A stretch of DNA of 32,000 bases, from positions 2,820,001 through 2,852,000 of the forward strand of contig NC_007493.2 of assembly GCF_000012905.2 (NCBI RefSeq). Reading direction: 5' to 3'. Each line of letters begins with the position of its first letter. Position 1 is the stretch's first letter. The stretch is from Cereibacter sphaeroides 2.4.1 (GTDB lineage Bacteria > Pseudomonadota > Alphaproteobacteria > Rhodobacterales > Rhodobacteraceae). Shown here in pieces: positions 8,908 to 16,301 of the stretch. The notes beneath the pieces were generated by a model, which was not told where the DNA came from, made no database searches, and was given only the letters and a program-made list of their open reading frames with translations. The position numbers and the translations under genes are program-made.

Positions 8908-10779
8908 TCAGCTCCCGTGGAAATAATCGTGGATGGACTGCGCCATCGTCTCCGAAATGCCCTCGACCGCGCAGAGATCGGGCACGCCCGCCCGGGCCAC
9001 CGCCTTGGCCGAGCCGAAATGCGCGAGCAGCGCGCGCTTGCGCGCGGCCCCCACCCCCGGGATCTCGTCGAGCGGCGTGGCGCTGACGGCCTTGGCCCGC
9101 TTCGCCCGGTGGGCGCCGATGGCCCAGCGGTGGGCCTCGTCGCGCAGGCGCTGCACGAAATAGAGCACCGGATCGTTCATGCGCAGCGCGAAGGGCGGCT
9201 CGCCGGGGCGGTGGAACTCCTCCTTGCCCGCGTCGCGGTCGATGCCCTTCGCCACGCCGATGAAGGGCACGTCGTCCACCCCCAGCTCCTGCAGGATCTC
9301 CTGCACGGCCGAGACCTGCCCCGCGCCGCCGTCGATCAGCAGAAGATCCGGCCAGGCGTCGGTCTTGCGCTCGGGGTCTTCCTTCAGCAGGCGCTCGAAG
9401 CGGCGGGTCAGCACCTCCTTCATCATGCCGAAGTCGTCGCCCTGCGCCCCCGCCGCGCCACGGATGTTGAACTTGCGATACTGGCTTTTCAGGAAACCCT
9501 CGGGTCCGGCGACGATCATGCCGCCGACCGCATTGGTGCCCTGGATGTGCGAGTTGTCGTAGACCTCGATCCGCTTCGGGGCCGCATCGAGCTCGAAGGC
9601 CTCGGCGAGCCCCGCGAGCAGCCTGTTCTGCGTGGCGCTCTCGGCCATGCGGCGGGCAAGGCTTTCGCGCGCATTGCGGGCCGCATTCTCGACCAGCTCG
9701 GCCTTCTCGCCCCGCTGCGGCACCCCGAGCGTCACCTTGCGCCCCGCCCTCTCGGACAGGAGCTGCCCCACGAGATCGGGATTGTCCACCGGATGCGAGA
9801 GCAGGATCATCCGCGGCGGCTCCTTGTCGTCGTAGAACTGCGCGAGGAAGGCCTCGAGAATCTCCGGTTCTTCCGCCCCGGCGCCGGTGCGGGGGAAGAA
9901 GTCGCGGTTGCCCCAGCTCTGGTTCGCCCGGATGAAGAAGACCTGCACGCAGGCCTGACCGCCCTCCAGATGGACGGCGATCACATCGGCCTCGGCCACG
10001 CCGCGGGGGTTGATCCCCTGCGAGGACTGCACCTGCGTCAGCGCCTTGATCCGGTCGCGGAGAGCCGCGGCGCGCTCGAACTCCATGGCCTCCGAGGCCG
10101 CCTGCATCTGCTCGGCGAGGTTGGCCTGAACCTTCGTCGTCCGCCCCTGCAGGAAGCGTTCGGCATCGCCGATCAGCTCGGCATAATCCTCGGCCGGCAC
10201 CCGGCCCACGCAGGGGGCCGAGCATCGCTTGATCTGGAAGAGAAGGCAGGGCCGCGTGCGGCTTTCGAAGGTGGCATCCGAGCAGGTGCGCAGAAGAAAG
10301 ACCCGCTGAAGCTGGTTCAGCGTCCGGTTCACGGCGCCGGCGCTTGCGAAGGGGCCGAAGTAGCTGCCCTTCTCGGACTTCTTGCCCCGGTGCTTCTTGA
10401 GCATCGGGAAGGGATGGTCCTTGGCGATCAGGATGTTCGGGAAGCTCTTGTCGTCGCGCAGGAGCACGTTGTAGCGCGGCTTGAGCTGCTTGATGAGGTT
10501 CTGTTCGAGCAGGAGGGCCTCGGTCTCCGTTCTCGTTGTGAGAAACATCATCGAGGCGGTCTCGCGGATCATCCGGGCGATGCGGCCGGAATGGCCCGAG
10601 GGGCGCGCGTAGTTCGACACCCTCGCCCGGAGGTTGCGCGCCTTGCCTACATAGAGCACCTGGCTCTGGGCATCGAGCATCCGGTAGACGCCCGGCGAGC
10701 CGTCGAGCGTCTTCAGGTAGCCCTGAATCACCGCATGTCCGGTCGGCACATCGCGGCCGTCCGTCTCGTTATCCTGCAC
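8908..10779 (-). CDS. uvrC: Excinuclease ABC subunit C
   Basis: 623 aa with a GTG start. GIY-YIG domain ([25 protein letters not shown]), UvrBC domain, C-terminal (HhH)2 ([18 protein letters not shown]). Confidence 0.95.
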   Translation of the reverse strand: MQDNETDGRDVPTGHAVIQGYLKTLDGSPGVYRMLDAQSQVLYVGKARNLRARVSNYARPSGHSGRIARMIRETASMMFLTTRTETEALLLEQNLIKQLKPRYNVLLRDDKSFPNILIAKDHPFPMLKKHRGKKSEKGSYFGPFASAGAVNRTLNQLQRVFLLRTCSDATFESRTRPCLLFQIKRCSAPCVGRVPAEDYAELIGDAERFLQGRTTKVQANLAEQMQAASEAMEFERAAALRDRIKALTQVQSSQGINPRGVAEADVIAVHLEGGQACVQVFFIRANQSWGNRDFFPRTGAGAEEPEILEAFLAQFYDDKEPPRMILLSHPVDNPDLVGQLLSERAGRKVTLGVPQRGEKAELVENAARNARESLARRMAESATQNRLLAGLAEAFELDAAPKRIEVYDNSHIQGTNAVGGMIVAGPEGFLKSQYRKFNIRGAAGAQGDDFGMMKEVLTRRFERLLKEDPERKTDAWPDLLLIDGGAGQVSAVQEILQELGVDDVPFIGVAKGIDRDAGKEEFHRPGEPPFALRMNDPVLYFVQRLRDEAHRWAIGAHRAKRAKAVSATPLDEIPGVGAARKRALLAHFGSAKAVARAGVPDLCAVEGISETMAQSIHDYFHGS

Positions 10780-10870
10780 GTCCGACTCCGTCTTCCTCGC
10801 GCTTCGGCGATTCCCTCTCTCGCTGCAACGATAACGGGGGGTCTACAAGAGGAAACCTGTCCACCGTTTC

Positions 10871-10879
10871 TGTGGATAA
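10871..10879. promoter_or_regulatory. Perfect DnaA-box 9-mer (TGTGGATAA = reverse complement of TTATCCACA) in the uvrC upstream region
   Basis: Exact string match, read directly. Function is not established; only a single copy is present. Confidence 0.3.
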
Positions 10880-11010
10880 GTCTGAGGGAAAGCTTGGAGC
10901 AGCGCCGATTTTCCCTTGTTCCATGGCAGCTTCCCTCATTTGCGCAAAAATTAAGCTACTTTTTAACACGCTGAATAAACTTGAAAATTTCCTGCGCGTT
11001 ACCGCAATGT

Positions 11011-11034
11011 CATGAAAGGTTTGGGAATTTCATG
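11011..11034. other. AT-rich palindrome CATGAAA-N10-TTTCATG downstream of the SDR operon and upstream of uvrC
   Basis: 7-bp perfect inverted arms read directly. Could be a terminator stem for the minus-strand operon or a protein-binding site. Confidence 0.35.
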
Positions 11035-11081
11035 CGTCTGAGCCACCTCTTTGCGGACAGTGGACAACTCGGCGGGAGACC

Positions 11082-11855
11082 CTAGAAGCCGAAGCCGCGC
11101 GGGCCCCCGGCGCCCAGATGCTGGCCTCCGTCCACGCAGATCATCTGCCCGGTCACCGCCGGCGCCTCGAGGAGGTAGCCGAGCGCCGCCGTGATGTCCG
11201 AAGGATTGGCGCCGCGTCCGAGAACCGTGCCGGCGCGCTCGTCCGCGAAATCCCCGGGCGACTGGTGCGCGCCCTGCAGGGTGGGTCCCGGGCCGATGCC
11301 GTTGACGCGCACGCGCGGCCCCAGCTCCTGCGCCGCAAGGCGCGTCAGGGTCCAGAGGCCGACTTTCGCGAGCGTATAGGTTGCAAAATCCGGCGTCGGA
11401 TGCAGCACCCGCTGGTCGATCATGTTGACGACAAGCGCCTGCGCCACCGGTTCATTTTGAGCATCCCGCACCGGCGCAGGTGCCTGAGCCGCGAAACTCT
11501 GGATCAGCACGAACGGCGCCCGGAGGTTCGATTCCATGTGCCGGTCCCAGCTTTCGCGGGTGGCCCCGGAGATCGTGTCCCTCTCGAAGATCGAGGCGTT
11601 GTTCACGAGAAGATCGAGCGGGCCGCCCAGAGCCTCGGCCGCCCGCGCCACGAGGGCCTGCGTCTCGGCCTCGACCAGGAGATCGGCCCGGAGCGCCACG
11701 GCGCGCCGTCCGAGGGCCGCGATTTCTTGCGCCACCGCCTCGGCCTCGTCGGCCGAGCCCGCGTAATGCACCGCCACATCCGTGCCGCGCCGCCCGAGCC
11801 AGAGGGCCATCTCGCGCCCGAGCCGCCGGCCGGCTCCCGTGACGAGGGCCCGCAT
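11082..11855 (-). CDS. SDR-family oxidoreductase, pteridine reductase (PTR1/FolM)-like
   Basis: Track ORF 11082..11912. ATG 11855 gives MRALVTGAGRRLGREMAL (TGxxxxxG at the N-terminus). NNAS, catalytic YTLAK. The start shares one base with the stop of the upstream small ORF (TGATG). Confidence 0.88.
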   Translation of the reverse strand: MRALVTGAGRRLGREMALWLGRRGTDVAVHYAGSADEAEAVAQEIAALGRRAVALRADLLVEAETQALVARAAEALGGPLDLLVNNASIFERDTISGATRESWDRHMESNLRAPFVLIQSFAAQAPAPVRDAQNEPVAQALVVNMIDQRVLHPTPDFATYTLAKVGLWTLTRLAAQELGPRVRVNGIGPGPTLQGAHQSPGDFADERAGTVLGRGANPSDITAALGYLLEAPAVTGQMICVDGGQHLGAGGPRGFGF

Positions 11856-12037
11856 CAGCCCTTGCCCTTCCGGCAGGGGCACGGCTCCTTGCCGACGATG
11901 AACCGTCCGCAATGGCCGCAGAGCGTCGGCGGCGGCACCTCGGCGCGGCGCCGCGGCAGGCGCGGCGCCCGGAACCGCCCGATCATCGCGATGGCCGCCA
12001 TGCCGAGCAGGAAAAGCGTGATGATCTTGACGAGCAT
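11855..12037 (-). CDS. 60-aa small membrane-anchored Cys-cluster protein (hypothetical)
   Basis: C-terminal part of track ORF 11855..12904: MLVKIITLFLLGMAAIAMIGRFRAPRLPRRRAEVPPPTLCGHCGRFIVGKEPCPCRKGKG. One N-terminal TM helix, then CxxC-N10-CxC. Only 3 of 60 codons end in A/T (genome-like codon bias). TGATG 1-nt overlaps at both ends. Confidence 0.7.
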   Translation of the reverse strand: MLVKIITLFLLGMAAIAMIGRFRAPRLPRRRAEVPPPTLCGHCGRFIVGKEPCPCRKGKG

Positions 12038-12834
12038 CAGAGACCGTAGCGCGCCCAGAGGGCCCTGTTCTCGACCTCGGCCAGCGCCTGCCCCGCGAGA
12101 CTCATGCCCAGCCGCTGCAAGAACGGCCGGCGCTGGCCGTAAGGCACGAGCCGCACCTTGTCGCCGTAGTTCTCCTGCAGCTTGGGCACCAGATGGGCCA
12201 CGCCGTCGGCGAGGCCCAGACGCACCGCTTCCTGCCCGGTCCAGACGTCGGCGTTGAAGAGATCGGCGTTCAGGTCGAGGCGCGTGCCGCGGTGGCGCTT
12301 CACATACTCGATGAAGGCGCGATGGATCGGCTCCTGCAGGGCCTTCAGCCGCTCCACATCCTCGGGCTTCTCGGGCAGGAACGGGTCGGCCAGCGATTTC
12401 GAGCGCCCGGCGGTATGGACGCGCCGCTCGATGCCGTTGCGGGCCATGAATTCGTGGAAGCCGAAGCTCGAGAAGATGACCCCGATCGAGCCCACGAGCG
12501 AGCTCTCGTCCACCCAGATCTCGTCGCCCGCGCAGGCGAGCCAGTAGCCGCCCGAGGCCGCCACATCCTCGACGAAGGCATGGACGCGCACGCCCTTTTC
12601 GGAGGCGAGGCGGCGGATGCGGGCGGCGATCAGGCTCGACTGCACCGGCGAGCCGCCGGGCGAGTTGATGACGAGCGCGACGCCGGCCGGTTTCCCGCGC
12701 CGGAAGGCCTTCTCGATCACGGCCGCGAGGCCCTGATCCGACAGGCCGCCGCGCGGCCCGGAGGCGATCACACCCTGAAGCCGGATCACCGGGACAACCG
12801 GGTCCTTCCTGATGAACGGGATATACTGTTTCAT
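12037..12834 (-). CDS. S49-family serine peptidase (SppA/SohB-like)
   Basis: Track ORF 12037..13131. ATG 12834 gives MKQYIPFIRKDPVVPVIRLQGVI. INSPGGS, catalytic Ser in AASGGYW, Lys in GRSKS. The upstream 99 codons of the track ORF are low-complexity and non-protein-like. Confidence 0.88.
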   Translation of the reverse strand: MKQYIPFIRKDPVVPVIRLQGVIASGPRGGLSDQGLAAVIEKAFRRGKPAGVALVINSPGGSPVQSSLIAARIRRLASEKGVRVHAFVEDVAASGGYWLACAGDEIWVDESSLVGSIGVIFSSFGFHEFMARNGIERRVHTAGRSKSLADPFLPEKPEDVERLKALQEPIHRAFIEYVKRHRGTRLDLNADLFNADVWTGQEAVRLGLADGVAHLVPKLQENYGDKVRLVPYGQRRPFLQRLGMSLAGQALAEVENRALWARYGL

Positions 12835-13186
12835 GTGCCCGATGTAGGCCGAGGCCGGGTGCCGAACAAGAAGAGAGGAGGCCGCGCCGGGGAAATCTTG
12901 CCATGGGTCAGGAAGGCTCTCTCGACAAGGTGGCCTGCGCGAGGCGGGCCCGCCGCGAGGGTCGGCCGGCGTGCCTCGGGATGGGAACCGGCGAGCAGGC
13001 ACGATCCCCGCCAGAAGAACCGGCACAAACCCATGGGGGCGAGGGACAGGCGCCGTCAAAGAAGACCGCTGCACCGAGAGGGCCACGGACGAAACGGCAG
13101 AAGGACTTGGGAGCCGAGGGCCAGAAGGCACCGCAAGGCGGCAACGTATTGGGGCAAAGGGGGCGCGCCATGCCCCGTGGGCACCG

Positions 13187-13275
13187 GCTCGGGGAGAGGG
13201 GCCGGCAACGAGGGGTGCCGGCTCCGGGGGAGAGGGTCCGGCAACGAGGGGCGCCGGGGCTTGGGGAGCGGGCCC
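13187..13275. repeat. About 35-bp tandem repeat (2.5 copies), G-tract rich, each unit holding a CCGGC...GCCGG inverted repeat
   Basis: Unit 1 (13187-13220): GCTCGGGGAGAGGGGCCGGCAACGAGGGGTGCCG. Unit 2 (13221-13256): GCTCCGGGGGAGAGGGTCCGGCAACGAGGGGCGCCG. Partial unit 3 (13257-13275): GGGCTTGGGGAGCGGGCCC. Confidence 0.8.
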
Positions 13276-13310
13276 TGAAGAGAGGGCGAACGGGAGAGGA
13301 AGGCCGCGCG

Positions 13311-14201
13311 GTGATCGACAAGCTGGAGATGTTCATAGCGCTCGCGCGCGAGCGGCACTTCGGACGCGCGGCCGAGGCCTGCGGGGTGGCGCAGCCCACG
13401 CTCTCCTCGGCGATCCGTCAGCTCGAGGACCAGCTCGGCGTGCAGCTCGTCTTCCGCGGCTCGCGCTTTCAGGGCCTGACGCCTGAAGGCGCGCGCGTGC
13501 TGGACTGGGCGCGGCGGATCGTGGGCGACGCACGCGCACTCCGCGATGAGATGCGCTCGGCCCGCTCGGGCCTTTCGGGCAACCTGACGCTCGGGGTCAT
13601 CCCGACGGCGGTGCCCATGGTGGCCGATCTCACCGCGCCCTTCCTCGAGCGCCACCCGGCCGTGCATGTCCGCATCCTGTCGCGCACCTCGACCGAGATC
13701 CTCTCCGGCATCGAAAGCCTCGAGTTCGACGCGGGCATCACCTATCTCGACAACGAACCGCTGGGGCGGGTGACGCAGGTGCCGCTTTATGCCGAAAGCT
13801 ACCGGCTGGTCTGCGGCCCCGCCTTCCCGCTGCCCGAGACAGGGAGCCTCGGCTGGGATGAGGTCGCGCGTCTGCCGCTCTGCCTCCTTACCGCCGACAT
13901 GCAGAACCGCCGCATCGTGAACCAGCATCTGGCCGGCACCGGCGCGCCGGCCTCGCCTTCCGTCGAATCGAACTCGACCCTGACGCTCTTCGCCCATGTG
14001 ATGACCGGCCGCTGGGCCAGCGTCCTGCCGAAGAAGCTCGCCGATCTCTTCGCAGGGACCGGCCGTCTGCGCGCCATCCCCATCGTGGGGCCCGAAGTGT
14101 CGCATCAGGTGGGATTGATCGCCGCCTACCGCGAGCCGCACACCCCGATCCTCACCGCCCTGATCGAGGCGGCGCGACGGCTGGAGGAGCCGGCGGGCTG
14201 A
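13311..14201 (+). CDS. LysR-family transcriptional regulator, likely regulator of the downstream formate dehydrogenase operon (FdsR-like by position)
   Basis: Lies inside track ORF 12903..14201. GTG 13311 is preceded by GGAGAGGAAGG. VIDKLEMFIALARERHFGRAAEACGVAQPTLSSAIRQLE (LysR HTH) plus a LysR substrate-binding domain. Confidence 0.88.
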   Translation: MIDKLEMFIALARERHFGRAAEACGVAQPTLSSAIRQLEDQLGVQLVFRGSRFQGLTPEGARVLDWARRIVGDARALRDEMRSARSGLSGNLTLGVIPTAVPMVADLTAPFLERHPAVHVRILSRTSTEILSGIESLEFDAGITYLDNEPLGRVTQVPLYAESYRLVCGPAFPLPETGSLGWDEVARLPLCLLTADMQNRRIVNQHLAGTGAPASPSVESNSTLTLFAHVMTGRWASVLPKKLADLFAGTGRLRAIPIVGPEVSHQVGLIAAYREPHTPILTALIEAARRLEEPAG

Positions 14202-14206
14202 GGCGG

Positions 14207-14227
14207 TCGATAGGCATTACCTATCGA
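14207..14227. promoter_or_regulatory. Perfect palindrome TCGATAGG-CATTA-CCTATCGA containing a LysR-type T-N11-A box; candidate operator for the adjacent LysR regulator
   Basis: 8-bp perfect arms; the core TAGGCATTACCTA is T-N11-A. An additional half-site CCTATCG lies at 14253-14259, 32 bp downstream. Located 6 nt after the lysR stop and about 75 nt before fdsG. Confidence 0.5.
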
Positions 14228-14244
14228 ACCACGGTTTGTTGATA

Positions 14245-14272
14245 TTGATATACCTATCGGGGTGCGTATTTT
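14245..14272 (+). promoter_or_regulatory. Candidate sigma-70-type promoter for fdsG (TTGATA-N16-TATTTT)
   Basis: TTGATA occurs twice in tandem (14239-14250). The second copy (14245-14250) is followed, after 16 nt, by TATTTT (14267-14272). This is the only AT-rich patch ahead of fdsG. Confidence 0.35.
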
Positions 14273-14301
14273 TGTCGCTCATCCAGGGAGGGAGGGGCCG
14301 C

Positions 14302-14775
14302 ATGCGTCTGGACGAAGCGGAGGTTCACGCGCGCGTCGATGACATTCTCGACGCTCACGAGGGGTTGGAAGGGCCGCTCCTGCCGATCCTTCATGCGGTG
14401 CAGGAGGCCTTCGGCCACGTTCCTCTCGACTCGCTGCCCCGGATCGCCGAGCGCCTGAACCTCTCGCGGGCGGAAGTGCATGGGGTGATGAGCTTCTATC
14501 ACGACTTCCGCACCCGGCCGCACGGGCGGCATGTGCTGAAGCTCTGCCGGGCCGAGGCCTGTCAGGCGATGGGCGGCGACCGGCTGGCCGAGGCGACGCA
14601 GGCGCGGCTCGGGATCGGCTGGCACCAGACGACGGCCGACGGCGGCGTGACGCTGGAGCCCGTCTTCTGCCTCGGCCTCTGCGCCTGCGGCCCCGCCGCG
14701 CTGGTCGACGGGCGCGTGGTGGGCCGGGTGGACGAGGCCCGGCTCGAGCGGATCCTCGAAGAGGTGCGCGCATGA
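14302..14775 (+). CDS. fdsG: NAD-dependent formate dehydrogenase gamma subunit (NuoE-like, 2Fe-2S)
   Basis: Lies inside track ORF 14236..14775. ATG 14302 follows GGGAGGGAGGGG. Cys pattern CRAEAC...CLGLCACGP. Confidence 0.9.
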   Translation: MRLDEAEVHARVDDILDAHEGLEGPLLPILHAVQEAFGHVPLDSLPRIAERLNLSRAEVHGVMSFYHDFRTRPHGRHVLKLCRAEACQAMGGDRLAEATQARLGIGWHQTTADGGVTLEPVFCLGLCACGPAALVDGRVVGRVDEARLERILEEVRA

Positions 14776-16301
14776 AGATCTACGTTCCCCGCGACGCGGC
14801 CGCCAAGGCGCTCGGCGCCGACGAGGTGGCTGCCGCCATCGAGGCCGAAGCCGCGCGGCGCGGCCTGCCGCTGACGCTCGTGCGCAACGGCTCGCGCGGG
14901 ATGGTCTGGTTGGAACCTTTGGTCGAGCTTCAGACCGGGGCCGGCCGCGTGGCCTTCGGCCCGGTCACGGCCGCCGATGTGCCGAGCCTGTTCGAGGCGG
15001 ACTGGAAGCGGCATCCGCTGGCGCTGGGTCTGACGGAAGAGCTGCCGTGGCTCATGATGCAGACGCGCCTCACCTTCGCCCGCTGCGGGATCACCGATCC
15101 GCTCTGCCTCGAGGAGTATGAGGCGCACGGCGGGTTCGAGGGGCTTCACCGCGCTATCGCCATGAGCCGCGCCGAGATCCTGCAGGAGGTGATCGATTCC
15201 GGCCTCCGCGGGCGAGGCGGCGCGGGCTTTCCCACCGGCATCAAGTGGAAGACGGTTTCCGAGGCGGAGGCCGCGCAGAAATACATCGTCTGCAACGCGG
15301 ACGAGGGCGACAGCGGCACCTTCGCCGACCGGATGATCATGGAGGGCGACCCCTTCACCCTGATCGAGGGCATGACCATCGCCGGCCTCGCGACCGGGGC
15401 CACGCGCGGCTATGTCTACATGCGCTCGGAATATCCCGATGCGGTCGAGGTGATGGGCGAGGCGGTGCGGATCGCCCGCGCCCACGGGCTGCTCGGGCCG
15501 TCGGTCATGGGCTCGGGCCGCGCCTTCGACATGGAGATCCGCGTCGGCGCCGGGGCCTATGTCTGCGGCGAGGAGACCTCGCTTCTGAACTCGCTCGAGG
15601 GCAAGCGCGGCGTGGTGCGCGCCAAGCCGCCGCTTCCGGCGCTCGAGGGATTCCTCGGCAAGCCCACGGTCGTGAACAACGTGATCTCGCTGGCCTCGAT
15701 CCCGGTGATCTTCCAGAAGGGCGCCGCCTACTACCGCGACTTCGGCCTCGGCCGGTCGCGCGGCACCATCCCGCTGCAGATCGCGGGCAATGTGAAGCGC
15801 GGCGGCCTGTTCGAGATCGCCTTCGGCATGAGCCTCGGCCAGATCGTCGATGACATCGCGGGCGGCACGGCCTCGGGTCGGCCGGTCAAGGCCGTGCAGG
15901 TGGGCGGGCCGCTCGGCGCCTACTTCCCGCGCGCCCTGTTCGATACGCCCTTCTGCTACGAGGAATTCGCCGGAGCCGAGGGCCTCGTGGGCCATGCGGG
16001 CATCGTCGTCTTCGACGACACGGCAGACATGCTGAAGCAGGCGCGCTTCGCGATGGAGTTCTGCGCCATCGAGAGCTGCGGGAAATGCACCCCCTGCCGC
16101 ATCGGCGCGGTGCGGGGCATGGAGACGGTCGACCGCATCGCCCGCGGCGACGCGGCCGCGATCCCGCTGCTCACGGATCTGTGCGCCACGATGAAATCGG
16201 GATCGCTCTGCGCGCTGGGCGGTTTCACCCCCTACCCGGTGATGAGCGCCCTTACCCACTTCCCGGACGATTTCGCCCCGATGAAGGAGGCAGCAGAATG
16301 A
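14772..16301 (+). CDS. fdsB: NAD-dependent formate dehydrogenase beta subunit (NuoF-like; FMN/NAD, 4Fe-4S)
   Basis: ATGA overlap with fdsG. GLRGRGGAGFPTGIKW, ESCGKCTPCR. Confidence 0.93.
   Translation: MKIYVPRDAAAKALGADEVAAAIEAEAARRGLPLTLVRNGSRGMVWLEPLVELQTGAGRVAFGPVTAADVPSLFEADWKRHPLALGLTEELPWLMMQTRLTFARCGITDPLCLEEYEAHGGFEGLHRAIAMSRAEILQEVIDSGLRGRGGAGFPTGIKWKTVSEAEAAQKYIVCNADEGDSGTFADRMIMEGDPFTLIEGMTIAGLATGATRGYVYMRSEYPDAVEVMGEAVRIARAHGLLGPSVMGSGRAFDMEIRVGAGAYVCGEETSLLNSLEGKRGVVRAKPPLPALEGFLGKPTVVNNVISLASIPVIFQKGAAYYRDFGLGRSRGTIPLQIAGNVKRGGLFEIAFGMSLGQIVDDIAGGTASGRPVKAVQVGGPLGAYFPRALFDTPFCYEEFAGAEGLVGHAGIVVFDDTADMLKQARFAMEFCAIESCGKCTPCRIGAVRGMETVDRIARGDAAAIPLLTDLCATMKSGSLCALGGFTPYPVMSALTHFPDDFAPMKEAAE

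Noticed and set aside
10918-10932. Possible alphaproteobacterial SOS box (GTTC-N7-GTTC) upstream of uvrC
   Set aside because: The sequence is GTTC-CATGGCA-GCTT. The second half-site matches only 2 of 4 bases, so it is not a credible LexA site.
8869-10974. 701-aa plus-strand ORF antisense to uvrC
   Set aside because: Same artefact: a low-complexity Arg/Leu/Gly/Ala-rich translation, while the opposite strand encodes a full-length UvrC with all its domains.
10871-10990. DnaA box plus AT-rich stretch interpreted as a replication origin
   Set aside because: There is only one DnaA box, no cluster, and no origin-typical flanking genes. A single regulatory or chance box is more parsimonious.
12903-13310. 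In-frame 136-codon N-terminal extension of the LysR gene (Lys/Arg/Glu/Gly-rich)
   Set aside because: It is rich in codons that are rare here (AGA, AGG, CGA, CAA, GGA, GTA), has much lower third-position GC than neighbouring genes, and has no domain. LysR HTH domains sit at the extreme N-terminus, and GTG 13311 has its own SD. Treated as non-coding (see the finding on 12835-13310).
14236-14301. Longer track starts for several genes (fdsG 14236, ufaD 29341, ufaO 28074, SDR 11912, S49 13131, chrR TTG 30053)
   Set aside because: The internal starts have SD motifs, stop/start coupling and family-typical N-termini. The extensions are low-complexity, or in the case of ufaD lie upstream of the predicted promoter.
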